Below, piece after piece: positions 41,140-52,028 of a DNA stretch of 64,000 bases. The notes below the pieces were generated by a model, which saw nothing but the letters and a program-made list of their open reading frames with translations, had not been told where the DNA came from and did no database searches. The position numbers and the translations under genes are program-made. Each line of letters starts with the position of its first letter. The first letter of the stretch is position 1. This DNA is from Candidatus Borrarchaeum weybense (GTDB taxonomy: Archaea > Asgardarchaeota > Sifarchaeia > Borrarchaeales > Borrarchaeaceae): positions 32,001 to 96,000 of the forward strand of contig JAHQJS010000003.1 in the NCBI GenBank assembly GCA_019057385.1, in the 5' to 3' direction.

Positions 41140-42735
41140 GTGTCCAGTACGTTAGAAGAAAGAGTTTGTAGAGGAATTATTGAGGATTTACTTACGACTT
41201 TATCTGAGGTAGATGCACAGCTTGTTCAAAAACTCAAAAAACGTCATGCAAAGAAATATCCTTCAGTAGGTATTGTCTCGAATGCGACTATTCTTTCCCA
41301 CACAACTCCAGAGGAAAAAATGCTTCTTCTTCCTATATTAAAGACAAAGAGTATGCGAACAATCTCAGGTGTTGCTGTTGTTGCAGTTATGGTGAAGCCT
41401 TATCCCTGCCCTAATCAGTCATGTATCTATTGTCCAACTTTTTCAGATATTCCAAAGAGTTATACTGGTCACGAACCTTCAACGATGCGAGGTATACAAA
41501 ACGATTACGACCCCTATTTGCAGGTAAAGACAAGACTTAATCAATTGGAACTAATTGGTCATGCCACAGATAAGATTCTCCTATCCTTGAAAGGCGGAAC
41601 GGTTACTTATTTACCCTATGAGTATCAACTAAGTTTCGTTCACAGATGTCTTGAAGCCCTATGTGATGAACGGTATTCTGATTTTGAAGAACTCAAAAGG
41701 GCTGTCGAAACAGCACAACGAAAACTTGTGGGAGTTATCGTTGAAACCCGTCCAGATTACTCTAAGATTTCTCAAACGGATGAAATGCTTCATTTAGGCG
41801 TCACTACTGTTGAATTGGGTGTACAAACTATTTTTGATGAAGTATTTGAAATATGCAAAAGAGGTCACACAGTTCAGGACGTTATTGACGCAACTCGTAT
41901 TTTAAAGGATGCAGGAATGAAAGTTGCATATCATATTATGCCAGGTCTTCCAGGATCTAATGAAGAAAGAGATCTAATAATGTTTCAAGAGGTCTTTGAA
42001 AATCCTTTTTATAAGCCGGATAATTTGAAGATTTACCCCTGTTTAGTTATTAAAGGCACAGAGTTGTACGAATTGTGGCAGAGCGGAAATTACAAACCCT
42101 ATAACGCCGAAACAATGACAAATCTATTATCGCATGTTTTACCGAACATTCCAAGATGGATTCGTATACAACGAATTCAAAGAGATATTTCTGCAAAGAT
42201 GATTGAAGATGGTGTTAAGAAAGGCAATCTTAGAGAGCTTGCTCATGAAGAACTAAGTAAGAGTGGAATAACATGCTCTTGTATTAGATGTCGCGAACAA
42301 GGTATCGTTTATCGGAAATCAGGAATCACTCCAAAAATAGAAAATCTTGAGACCCTCATAGAAACGTTCAATGCTTCAGAAGGAATCGAAAATTTTATAT
42401 CTTACGAGGACGCAGTACAAAAAATTCTGCTTGGATTTATACGATTACGTGTTCCTTCTGAGAAGGCACATCGGAAAGAAATCAATGACATGAGAACAAC
42501 TATCGTAAGAGAATTGCGTGTTTTTGGAGAACTAGTTCCCATTGGAGAGAAACCAAGGCATCATCAAGTGCAACATCGAAAAATTGGAGAATTACTATTA
42601 AATGAGGCTGAACTCCTCAGCAAAGATGAATATGATTCCAAAAAAATTTCCGTCCTTAGCGGTTTAGGTGTAAAGCCCTGGTTTTACAAGCAAGGATATA
42701 CGCGTGATGGAGTTTATGTAAGTAAAAGATTATGA
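41140..42735 (+). CDS. elp3: Elp3 radical-SAM/KAT tRNA U34 acetyltransferase
   Basis: RTISGVAVV, CPNQSCIYCP, ETRPD, LKIYP, QHRKIG. Confidence 0.93.
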   Translation: MSSTLEERVCRGIIEDLLTTLSEVDAQLVQKLKKRHAKKYPSVGIVSNATILSHTTPEEKMLLLPILKTKSMRTISGVAVVAVMVKPYPCPNQSCIYCPTFSDIPKSYTGHEPSTMRGIQNDYDPYLQVKTRLNQLELIGHATDKILLSLKGGTVTYLPYEYQLSFVHRCLEALCDERYSDFEELKRAVETAQRKLVGVIVETRPDYSKISQTDEMLHLGVTTVELGVQTIFDEVFEICKRGHTVQDVIDATRILKDAGMKVAYHIMPGLPGSNEERDLIMFQEVFENPFYKPDNLKIYPCLVIKGTELYELWQSGNYKPYNAETMTNLLSHVLPNIPRWIRIQRIQRDISAKMIEDGVKKGNLRELAHEELSKSGITCSCIRCREQGIVYRKSGITPKIENLETLIETFNASEGIENFISYEDAVQKILLGFIRLRVPSEKAHRKEINDMRTTIVRELRVFGELVPIGEKPRHHQVQHRKIGELLLNEAELLSKDEYDSKKISVLSGLGVKPWFYKQGYTRDGVYVSKRL

Positions 42736-44652
42736 TAAAAACTCCTGTAAAAGTTGTTTGAGCAATGAACTTACAGTTTTTCCATCGATTTTTCCACGTA
42801 CCTTTTTCATCACTTCTCCCATGAGAGGCTTAAGTGCATCCATTTTCCTTTCTTTAACTAAGTCTTCATTTTTTGCGATTATTTCTTTAATAATGTTTGT
42901 TACCTCATCCTTTGATAGAGTGGTGAGACCTATACTTCTCACAAGTTCATCTAGCGGTTTATCTGGATCTTTTGCCACTGATTCCAATACTTCTGGGAGC
43001 GCTTCTTTTGCGAATTTTTCTTGGGAGAGAAATTCAAATATTTCATAGAACTTATCTTCTGTTATATTTTCGAATGGAACACCTTCTCTTTGTAGGTATT
43101 TAGATGTGCCGATTATGGTACTCGCCACTAACGTAGGTTTTACTCCCAGCCCACTACTAGCAATTTTATCGAACCAAAAAACATTCGGATGAAGGACTAG
43201 CTCGTCAGCTAATTCTTCTGAAAGTCTATATTTTTCTATAAAACGCGTTTTCTTTTCTTCTGGAAGTTCAGGAAGGTGTTGTTTGATCTCTTCTACCATC
43301 TCTGAAGATATACGAAAGGGCACAGCATCAGTTTCAGGATACATCCTTGCCGATCCTGGAAGAGGTCTTAAAAAGGCAGTTGTTCCATCTGGATTTGGCC
43401 TTCGGACTTCCTTTGGAACGTGTGTGATATAGATTTTCGCTAAATTACATATGGTCCAAATCGCTTGCTCACATTTCCCTTTGGGACCTATTACAAGAAC
43501 GAAACCATCTTCAGTTCCACATTCTAAACTTTGTCTCACTTCGTTAACATCATCTTCAGAAATCCCATAATTAGGCAATTCATCTGAATGCAAAATACCC
43601 CCAAGTCCAGCATAGATTTTAACCGCATCCGCAAATTCTGTTCCCAATCTACGACCAGGTTGAAGTTCTCTGCCTAGTAAGCCTCCAAATTTCGAAAGTT
43701 TTACACCTAAGGCGTGTTCTCCTTTTTTCAGGGCTTTCTGCAGGAGTTTGGCTTTCGTTTCAGCAAAAATAGTTGAAACATCTTTGTGTTCTATAGTGAT
43801 GTCATCTTCTCGAACTACTCGCTTTTCCAGCACTTCTCGAATTTGTATCATGTTTTGTTGTCTTAATACCTCATTTTTCACGTATTCCCCGATAAGGTCC
43901 AATTCTTGTGCACCCTTAATTTCTACGCGAGCTCCATCCCTTATTGATACATTGACATCCTGTCGAATTGTTCCTAATCCTCTCTTTACCTTACCAGTGG
44001 CGCGCAAAATTGCACCAATTCGTTCAGCAACCGCTTTAGTTTGCTCAGGACTGTGAATGTCAGGATCGGTTCTGATCTCTATCAGCGGAATTCCAAGACG
44101 ATCAACTCGGAATGTAGTTCCTTCTTTTGTTTGTTCTATGATCCTTGCAGCATCTTCTTCCACGTAAAGTTGCGTAATGAACACTTTTCCTTGTGAGGTC
44201 ATAAGGTAGGAATCTTTTGTTCCAATCGCAATTTTTGCAGTCCTCTGAAAACCCATAGGCGTAGATCCATCAACGATTGTCTTTCTCATCACTTGAACTT
44301 CATCGATTGGTCTCATTTTGAAAATGAATGCAATTTCAAGAGCTATACGAACAGCTTCTTCATTTATGGGGGTGGGTGGTTCTTCGTCCAGTTCAATCAA
44401 GCATGTTGTATCTGAATACCCCTCGTAAATCACTCTTGCCTCTTTTTTTGCTTCAAATGCTGCCGCTAAATCAACTTCTCCGGTTTCTCCGGCAACAGCA
44501 CGTAACCGCCTCTTGACCTTTATGTCGGGTTCATCAGTTCGTACCAAAGAAGGACATCGACAAAATAGTTTAGTAGTATCTAGTTGTTGATGAAATTCTA
44601 GACCTACCATAAGTCCAAGTTCATCATAATTCAGTGCTTTTTCATCCACCAT
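42730..44652 (-). CDS. gatE: Glu-tRNA(Gln) amidotransferase subunit E
   Basis: GLEFHQQL, DRLGIPLIEI, GLGTIRQDVNVSI, RMYPETD. Confidence 0.95.
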   Translation of the reverse strand: MVDEKALNYDELGLMVGLEFHQQLDTTKLFCRCPSLVRTDEPDIKVKRRLRAVAGETGEVDLAAAFEAKKEARVIYEGYSDTTCLIELDEEPPTPINEEAVRIALEIAFIFKMRPIDEVQVMRKTIVDGSTPMGFQRTAKIAIGTKDSYLMTSQGKVFITQLYVEEDAARIIEQTKEGTTFRVDRLGIPLIEIRTDPDIHSPEQTKAVAERIGAILRATGKVKRGLGTIRQDVNVSIRDGARVEIKGAQELDLIGEYVKNEVLRQQNMIQIREVLEKRVVREDDITIEHKDVSTIFAETKAKLLQKALKKGEHALGVKLSKFGGLLGRELQPGRRLGTEFADAVKIYAGLGGILHSDELPNYGISEDDVNEVRQSLECGTEDGFVLVIGPKGKCEQAIWTICNLAKIYITHVPKEVRRPNPDGTTAFLRPLPGSARMYPETDAVPFRISSEMVEEIKQHLPELPEEKKTRFIEKYRLSEELADELVLHPNVFWFDKIASSGLGVKPTLVASTIIGTSKYLQREGVPFENITEDKFYEIFEFLSQEKFAKEALPEVLESVAKDPDKPLDELVRSIGLTTLSKDEVTNIIKEIIAKNEDLVKERKMDALKPLMGEVMKKVRGKIDGKTVSSLLKQLLQEFLS

Positions 44653-44661
44653 TTTAATCAC

Positions 44662-46032
44662 CTAATACAAAAAAGCTCTCTCATCCGTTCTTTTAGTGAT
44701 TTCACCTGCCATATTTGTCAACATAAGACGTTTTACTTCCTCTCGTTCTTGCGTATGCCCTAAAACCCATCCCAATTTTAAATAGGCGGTTTCTGGGAGC
44801 ATGTCTTCAAGATATAAGACTCCCGCATTGCTCATCAGTCGAAGATTTCGATAAACATAAGGATTGACTCGACCATAAAGGCATTGTGACGTCATTCCTA
44901 TAAAGAGATCCATTTCTAAGGCACTCTTCACATGAGGCAACCATGAACGATGTTTTTCGTTTTGTGGTGGAGAAGTAGGTGTATGTCCGAGCCCAGTGCC
45001 CTCAATAATGATACCTCTATAGCCTTTGTCAACTAAAAAGTCAATTATCTCTGGGTTCGAACCAGGGTATGCTTTAATAAGGGCAATTTTTTCCTCAAAC
45101 GCCGTATCTGCAACTACTTCAGTTTCACTTCGTTTCTTATATTCAGCATCTTCACGAAATTCCATCTTTCCGTCTGGCCAAATCTTTCCAATCGGCAATT
45201 CATTAATGGGGCGAAATGTGTCACGTCGACTTGTATGCATTTTTCGTACCTTTGTCCCTCTATTAATAAGGCAATATGAATCATCTGGCTCTCCGTGCAT
45301 ACATATAAATACCCCTGCCAGATCTGCGTGACCTGCTAACCATGATGCGCAAATTAAATTAATCGCACCATCGAAACTGCCACGATCAGATGAGCGTTGT
45401 GCTCCTGTAAGTATAACTGGCTTTGAAAGATCACGTAACATAAAGCTTAGCATCGCTGCAGAATATCCCATACAATCTGTCCCGTGAGTTATAACAACTC
45501 CTGAAGCACCTGAATTCAATTCTTTTGCGGCATCGTCAGCCATTTTTTTCCATTCATTGACCCATAAATCCTCGCTCGCAAGATTAAAAAGAAGATTACA
45601 TCCCTTAAAACGAACGATCTCCGAAAGTTCGGGTATAGCGAAGAAGAGTTCCTCGGGGGTGAACGCCATAACAACGCCACCTGTTAAATAATCGATCCTA
45701 CTAGCAATCGTGCCACCGGTTGCAAGTAATGAAATCTCTGGAAGATCAGCTTTTTGCTCAGGAAATGTTTTCTGAAAACTTTCAAGACTGATGCCTTTAT
45801 CTATTCGAACTAACTCGACACCCGGCTGGTACGCAATACTTACGTTATATCCATCATCCTGTTTTATTACAATGCTCGAAGGATCTCCAATCTCAATACG
45901 AGGCAAAATGTAGCCCTCATAACTCATATCCTCAGATGTAATTCGAATACGGTCACCAGGCTCTATTTCTTTCTCTTTAAGGATATTTCTAACCTCTTGT
46001 GAGTAGTGAGCAAAATAACTTTGTTCTTTCAT
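44662..46032 (-). CDS. gatD: Glu-tRNA(Gln) amidotransferase subunit D
   Basis: TGGTIASRIDY, HGTD, GAQRSSDR, KMHTSRRD. Confidence 0.95.
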   Translation of the reverse strand: MKEQSYFAHYSQEVRNILKEKEIEPGDRIRITSEDMSYEGYILPRIEIGDPSSIVIKQDDGYNVSIAYQPGVELVRIDKGISLESFQKTFPEQKADLPEISLLATGGTIASRIDYLTGGVVMAFTPEELFFAIPELSEIVRFKGCNLLFNLASEDLWVNEWKKMADDAAKELNSGASGVVITHGTDCMGYSAAMLSFMLRDLSKPVILTGAQRSSDRGSFDGAINLICASWLAGHADLAGVFICMHGEPDDSYCLINRGTKVRKMHTSRRDTFRPINELPIGKIWPDGKMEFREDAEYKKRSETEVVADTAFEEKIALIKAYPGSNPEIIDFLVDKGYRGIIIEGTGLGHTPTSPPQNEKHRSWLPHVKSALEMDLFIGMTSQCLYGRVNPYVYRNLRLMSNAGVLYLEDMLPETAYLKLGWVLGHTQEREEVKRLMLTNMAGEITKRTDERAFLY

Positions 46033-46389
46033 TAATTGTGCCTCCTTTTTCGCATGATTTGCATGCAGACTGGCCTAGATTTGAGTTTATTTGAATTTAA
46101 GGTTAAATGTAAGATAAGATCGCTGTTCTATATTTTAAACCATGATTTTAATCTTCTTCAAACAACAGTTTTCCATTTAATACGCATAGAAATTTAAGTT
46201 AATTTATTAGTGTTAATGCAAGAAACACCTTAAAAATTGTTGAAGGCAACTTGCGCTTTACATTCGAAAAAAGGAGCGTCGCATTGTCATATCTTTAATT
46301 TCTGAATGTAAAGCTAAAAATTTATAAAGTCATTTCAACGTTCCCTTGTATTCAAAATTCTTTAGGCTTCTTAAAACGGAGTTAAAATA

Positions 46390-48210
46390 ATGTGTGGTAT
46401 TGTAGGTATTGTTCTCAATCAAGGTAACGTCGCACCTCTGTTACGAGAATCTCTTAAGCGACTTGAGTATCGAGGTTACGATTCTGTGGGTATGGCTACT
46501 ATTGCAAATGCTCATATGATTTTAAAGAAAGATAAAGGAAAAATAGATGTTGTAAATGAAAGACTTAATCTTGATGAACTACCTGGCAGTATTGGAATCG
46601 CACATACGCGATGGGCAACCCATGGAATTCCTACTAAGGAAAACGCTCATCCTCACACAGATTGCAAAGAGAAAATAGCTGTCAATCATAATGGCATCAT
46701 CGAAAACTTTGTAGAATTACGTAAAGAACTAACAGAGAGAGGTCATCACTTTAAGTCAGATACAGATACTGAGGTGGTGCCTCACCTCATCGAGGAGTTC
46801 ATGGAACAGGGTTTAAACTTAAAGGATGCCACAATTCAGGCTCTAAGACGTATAAAGGGATCTTATGGTTTAACTATTATTTCAGCAGCAGAGCCAAGAA
46901 AGATTATATGTGCAAGAAATGGAAGCCCACTTGTCTTGGGGATAGGAGACCAAGTGATATGTTGTGCATCTGATATTCCAGCGTTCTTACCCTTGACTAA
47001 TAAGGCAATAATACTTCATGATGAGGAACTGGCTGTTCTTACACCCAATGAATATCAAATTTTTTCTGTTCCTACTCAAAAAATGGTTTCCAAGGACATT
47101 ACTACCATAAAATGGACTCCAGAGATGGCATCAAAAGGTGGATATTCCTATTTTATGCTAAAGGAGATTCATGAACAACCAAAAGCCCTACGCGATACAT
47201 TAAGGCAACGACCTGAACGTCTGGAAAAAATTGCTGAAGTATTAGATGAGGCATCCAAGATCTTTATTACCGCAGCAGGTACCTCCTTTCACGCAGCACT
47301 CACTGCAAGATATCTTTTTTCACAACTGTGCAATGTATTTCCTACAGCTCTCTTGTCGTCAGAGTTTCCAGAGGCAATTGGCCCTTCGTTTCCATCAGAC
47401 GCCTATGTAATAGCTGTTAGCCAATCTGGTGAAACTGCTGATACAATAAGGACTATTAATTTCGCGAAAGAACGGGAAGCGACTATTATCTCAGTTGTCA
47501 ATACAGTCGATTCGTCGATCACACGCCTTTCTGATCACGTCATTTACACCCAAGCGGGGCCTGAGATCGGGGTAGCCGCCACAAAGACCTTTACAACCCA
47601 AGTCGCAACTTTATCCATGATTGCACTTAATTTAGCACTACGCAAAAAATGCAAAGATATTGAGACGATATCAAATCTACAAAATGCGCTTTATAAAATT
47701 CCTAATATTGTACAAACCGTTATTACAAAAGAGGAAGAACATGTAAAGCGCCTAGCAGAACAGTTTGCCCATATGCAAAATTTTCTCTTTTTGGGAAGAG
47801 GCATTAACACGACAACCGCTGCTGAAGGATCCTTAAAATTAAAGGAAATTTCCTATGTTCATGCTGAGGCGTACCCTGCGGGGGAAAGTAAGCATGGACC
47901 TATTGCGCTCATAACTCCCGGATTCCCGATAATGTTTATTGCCCCTCCAGACGAGACATATGATCATATAATCGGAAACATCATGGAGATGAAAGCGCGA
48001 GAAGGTACAATTATCGCATTTATTGACGAACAGGATCAAACAATTCGAGAACTTGCTGATCATTCTGTAAATATCCCAAGTGTACCTCCCCTTTTATCTC
48101 CAATACCGTACGTTGTGCCACTTCAATTATTTTCGTATTATGCAGCCGTAAAACTTGGTTACTCTCCAGATATGCCTCGTTCACTTAGCAAAAGTGTCAC
48201 AGTATTATAG
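46390..48210 (+). CDS. glmS: Glutamine-fructose-6-phosphate transaminase
   Basis: MCGIVG, LEYRGYDS, HTRWATHG, SQSGET, KSVTV. Confidence 0.96.
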   Translation: MCGIVGIVLNQGNVAPLLRESLKRLEYRGYDSVGMATIANAHMILKKDKGKIDVVNERLNLDELPGSIGIAHTRWATHGIPTKENAHPHTDCKEKIAVNHNGIIENFVELRKELTERGHHFKSDTDTEVVPHLIEEFMEQGLNLKDATIQALRRIKGSYGLTIISAAEPRKIICARNGSPLVLGIGDQVICCASDIPAFLPLTNKAIILHDEELAVLTPNEYQIFSVPTQKMVSKDITTIKWTPEMASKGGYSYFMLKEIHEQPKALRDTLRQRPERLEKIAEVLDEASKIFITAAGTSFHAALTARYLFSQLCNVFPTALLSSEFPEAIGPSFPSDAYVIAVSQSGETADTIRTINFAKEREATIISVVNTVDSSITRLSDHVIYTQAGPEIGVAATKTFTTQVATLSMIALNLALRKKCKDIETISNLQNALYKIPNIVQTVITKEEEHVKRLAEQFAHMQNFLFLGRGINTTTAAEGSLKLKEISYVHAEAYPAGESKHGPIALITPGFPIMFIAPPDETYDHIIGNIMEMKAREGTIIAFIDEQDQTIRELADHSVNIPSVPPLLSPIPYVVPLQLFSYYAAVKLGYSPDMPRSLSKSVTVL

Positions 48211-48369
48211 AGCAGGCAAAGTGCAAAAGAGTTTTCATTAATTTTGAATTTTCTTCTGAAACCCGAGGAGAAGACTTTATAGTAGAAGAAATAAGCATTT
48301 TGTGATTAATTATTTAATGAAATTATATTTTTAGAATGCTGGGAGGGAAATGGGCAAATTGTTTTAGAA

Positions 48370-48894
48370 ATGAAATTAAAAGAAATTAGAATACGCGTCG
48401 ATAAGTTTTCGGACGATGATGTTGAAAAATTCGTTGAAACATATCCTCTTCTTAAAAAATATTATTCAAAATTAAACGCAATAAACGGTGATTGCAAAAA
48501 GTGTGGATGTTGCTGAGTTGGGGGGATTTCACTATCAGAGGTGGAACTAAACGCAATTCGAATGTTTATACCTGAGATTGATGACTTTATGGAAACAACT
48601 ACACGTAAAGACCTAATTACTGGTGAGATTATCAAGTATCCCGTATCAATGCGTACAAAATATGGCTACTGTATTTTTAATGCAGATGACGGAGCATGTA
48701 TTATTCACAAGATTCGACCAATCCTTTGTCGGGTGTTTCCTTTTTTTCCGAAGGAACAAGGCACTTGTGTGAAAGATGTAACCTTCACTGGCCTAAGTAT
48801 AGATGAAGGAAAAGAAATTTGGATGAATCACTTTTTGGAAATCAAAAAATCAACAAACAAGACCGTAAGTCCAAGTTTATGTTCAAAACCCTGA
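48370..48894 (+). CDS. YkgJ (CxxCxxCC) family protein with in-frame TGA at 48514-16 (Sec recoding or pseudogene)
   Basis: ATG 48370 in frame with ORF 48541; CKKCGCC[TGA]VGG ... CIF...CIIHKIRPILCRVFPF. Confidence 0.7.
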
Positions 48895-48944
48895 ATCTTC
48901 ATAGTATCTTATGAACACATATAGTAACTACGGTACTCTTTCGA

Positions 48945-49370
48945 CTAACTTAACAAATTAAGTTGTCTTAGCAAATTAATTGCCGTTTTAGTTACATCCA
49001 GAGAAAAGAGATCTTTAAGAAGAACCCATCTGACATCTTCTGCGTCTGATCTTGGAGAAATCTCACCACTTTCTCTCGTGGCAAAAAAGTCGATAATGAC
49101 ATAATGATATTGCACTTTCCTGTTGTCATCTTTAATTACTACATCAATGACTCCTGCAAGATCGCCGATTTTTACCGAAAGACCAGTTTCTTCTTTAACT
49201 TCCCGTTTTGCAGCCTCTCTAACTGCTTCTCCAACGTTTACTAAACCTCCAGGAAAGGACCATTTTCCTCTACCTGGTTCGTTTCCCCTTTTGACCATTA
49301 ATACTTTTTCACCATCTAGGACTATTGCACCAACGCCTACAAGAGGTCTTGTTGGATAATTTCTTTTAAT
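48945..49370 (-). CDS. Nudix hydrolase (probable ATT start)
   Basis: Nudix box GGLVNVGEAVREAAKREVKEETG; N-terminus KRNYPTRPLVGVGAIV lies upstream of first ATG. Confidence 0.88.
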   Translation of the reverse strand: MKRNYPTRPLVGVGAIVLDGEKVLMVKRGNEPGRGKWSFPGGLVNVGEAVREAAKREVKEETGLSVKIGDLAGVIDVVIKDDNRKVQYHYVIIDFFATRESGEISPRSDAEDVRWVLLKDLFSLDVTKTAINLLRQLNLLS

Positions 49371-49620
49371 GTATATCCTCTCCAGTAAATACGACTTTTT
49401 AGTTCTCTATGAATCGTTCTATCCCATTAAAAGCTTTTGATTGTATCTCAGTTTATCATTTTTTTGGATGAGGTGTTTTTGTGCTGTGAATATATAATTT
49501 ACCTGAATTTCAACACCATTGAAAAGAAATAAATAGCGATGCTTAATTGATTCATACGATTCATGTTTAGGATTTACAGGATTAGAGTACAAATGCACTC
49601 ATAATTGGAGATTAAAACAA

Positions 49621-50451
49621 ATGCACTCTTTAGAAATAAACCCTGAAATTACTGTAAGTAGGATCAGTAAATTTATAGTTAAGCGCATTGATGATGCGAA
49701 AGCTAATGGAGTAATTATTGGTTTAAGTGGTGGAATAGATTCATCTGTAACTGCCGCTTTATGTGTGCGTGCTTTAGGTCACGAAAAAACCTTTGGGCTG
49801 TTAATGCCAACACAGACAACTCAACAACAAGACATTGATGACGCAATTAAAAGTGCCACTTTACTTGGTGTGAAATATGCAATTGAGGACATATCGCCAT
49901 CCTTAAACGCTTTCAAACAATTCCAAGTATTCGATCCAGAAAGAAAAATTGTAAACGGTAACCTTGCAACTAGGTTTAGGATGGGTCTCTTATATTATTA
50001 TGCTAATCTACATAATTGGCTAGTAATTGGCACGGGTAATAAAAGTGAACTTTTAGTAGGATATTTTACCAAATTTGGTGACGGAGGCTGTGATATCTTA
50101 CCCTTAGGCGATCTATTTAAGTGTCAAGTCAGACAACTAGCTGAATATCTCGACATTCCCCCAGAAATAATCAAGAAGGCGCCTTCAGCAGGACTTTGGC
50201 CCGGACAAACAGATGAATCAGAATTGGGAATATCATATAATGACTTAGATATTATCTTAAGTAGTCTTGAGCAATTAATGACACCAGATGAGATTTCTAA
50301 AGAATTCAATATTCCATTAGAAATAATAAAAAAAGTAGAAATCATGCTTCGTAAGAGTCAACACAAAAGAATAGGACCAATGGTATTCAAAATGGGATCT
50401 CGAACACCTGGCTTCGATTGGAGACTCTCTATTATATCTGGAGAAACGTAA
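49621..50451 (+). CDS. nadE: NH3-dependent NAD+ synthetase
   Basis: GLSGGIDS, GTGNKSE, GYFTKFGDG, PSAGLWPGQTDE. Confidence 0.95.
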   Translation: MHSLEINPEITVSRISKFIVKRIDDAKANGVIIGLSGGIDSSVTAALCVRALGHEKTFGLLMPTQTTQQQDIDDAIKSATLLGVKYAIEDISPSLNAFKQFQVFDPERKIVNGNLATRFRMGLLYYYANLHNWLVIGTGNKSELLVGYFTKFGDGGCDILPLGDLFKCQVRQLAEYLDIPPEIIKKAPSAGLWPGQTDESELGISYNDLDIILSSLEQLMTPDEISKEFNIPLEIIKKVEIMLRKSQHKRIGPMVFKMGSRTPGFDWRLSIISGET

Positions 50452-50520
50452 ACAAAATCACAAATTTCTCTTTAGAAACTTTCAAGAATAGAACTAATAA
50501 TATATTTAAGAGGGTTAAAA

Positions 50521-52026
50521 TTGACTTCTTCCGCAACTAGAAAAACAGAGTTTTCTGAACCAATTTCAGATGTGAAAATAGGCTTGGAAATACATGTACA
50601 ACTTACAGCTTTGACAACAAAATTATTTTGTGGATGTCCTACTGATTATCGTGGTATGCCTCCAAACTCAGTTTGTTGTCCAATTTGCCTTGGCCTACCT
50701 GGAACATTACCTGTAACTAATAAACGTGCTATAGAATTAGCAATGATGGTTTCGCTTGCACTTAATTCGAATATATCAAGAAATAGTTCGTTTTACCGTA
50801 AAAACTATTTTTATATTGATTTGCCAAAAGATTTTCAAATTTCACAGTACGACAAAGCAGGTGGCGTCCCAATAGCGATTGGAGGCCACGTTGATTTTGA
50901 AATGAATCATCAAAAAAAAGTAATAAGAATTCGTCGTCTCCAACTTGAGGAAGACCCAGGCCGTTTAAAGCATATTGGTATGATTGATAAATCTCCTTAT
51001 ACTTTGGTTGATTACAACAGATCGGGAATAACTCTTCTAGAAATAGTGACTGAACCTGATTTTTCCACACCTGAAGAAGCGCGCATCTTTCTTCGAAAAC
51101 TACGTTCAATACTTGAGCACTTAGGTGTAACTGATGTAAATTTACAGGGCTCTCTTCGATGCGATGCAAATATTTCTGTAGGAGACGGAAGACGTGTTGA
51201 AATAAAGAACATTAGTTCGTTTAAAGAAGTTAAACGTGCTTTAAACTATGAAATTATTAGACAAAAACAAGCTCTTCGACGCGGGGAGTTTATAGCACAA
51301 GAAACTCGACATTGGGACGAAGATCGCAGAATAACTTTTACTCTTCGAACGAAGGAGGAAGAACATGACTATAGATACTTCAGGGAACCTGATCTACCGA
51401 TTATTGAAATTTCAGATGAATGGATTAAAAAAATCAAAACAACCATGCCTGAGCTACCAGATGCTCGAAAAGAAAGATTTCGGAGAGATTATCAAATCCC
51501 TGTTTACGATGCAGAAGTATTGACAAGTGAGAAATATTTAGCAGATTTCTTTGAAACATGCATAACTTATGACGTGGGTGCAAAAAAAGTCAGTAATTGG
51601 CTTATGAGTGATTTTTTACGTTTTGTAAACGAACTTGATCTTGAATTTACTGAGATTCTCCTTACACCAGAAGATTTAGCAAATATGATCCGTTTAATTG
51701 ATCAAGAGCTGATTAGTGGAAAAATTGGTAAGACAGTTCTGCGGGAAATGCTTGCTACAGGAAAGACCCCGCAGACCATAATAGAAGAACTTGGTCTTAA
51801 GAAAATTGATAACACTTCTATCATTTCTGATAAAGTAAAAGAAGTCTTTGAAGAATACCCAGATGCCGTTCGCGATGCCATGACTAACAAGAATGCTATT
51901 CGTTATCTTGTAGGACAGGTAATGGCGAAAACCAGAGGAAGGGCAGATCCTGTTTTAACAAATGAAATCATTGAATTAAAATTGGAAGAATTGAAGTCCA
52001 AGAATACACAATTCGATGAAAATTGA
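50521..52026 (+). CDS. gatB: Asp-tRNA(Asn)/Glu-tRNA(Gln) amidotransferase subunit B
   Basis: IGLEIHVQL, RKNYFY, EIVTEPD, RCDANIS, DYRYF. Confidence 0.95.
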   Translation: MTSSATRKTEFSEPISDVKIGLEIHVQLTALTTKLFCGCPTDYRGMPPNSVCCPICLGLPGTLPVTNKRAIELAMMVSLALNSNISRNSSFYRKNYFYIDLPKDFQISQYDKAGGVPIAIGGHVDFEMNHQKKVIRIRRLQLEEDPGRLKHIGMIDKSPYTLVDYNRSGITLLEIVTEPDFSTPEEARIFLRKLRSILEHLGVTDVNLQGSLRCDANISVGDGRRVEIKNISSFKEVKRALNYEIIRQKQALRRGEFIAQETRHWDEDRRITFTLRTKEEEHDYRYFREPDLPIIEISDEWIKKIKTTMPELPDARKERFRRDYQIPVYDAEVLTSEKYLADFFETCITYDVGAKKVSNWLMSDFLRFVNELDLEFTEILLTPEDLANMIRLIDQELISGKIGKTVLREMLATGKTPQTIIEELGLKKIDNTSIISDKVKEVFEEYPDAVRDAMTNKNAIRYLVGQVMAKTRGRADPVLTNEIIELKLEELKSKNTQFDEN

Positions 52027-52028
52027 AT

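Noticed and set aside
46033-46389. glmS ribozyme upstream of glmS
   Set aside because: AT-rich leader without recognisable core motifs.
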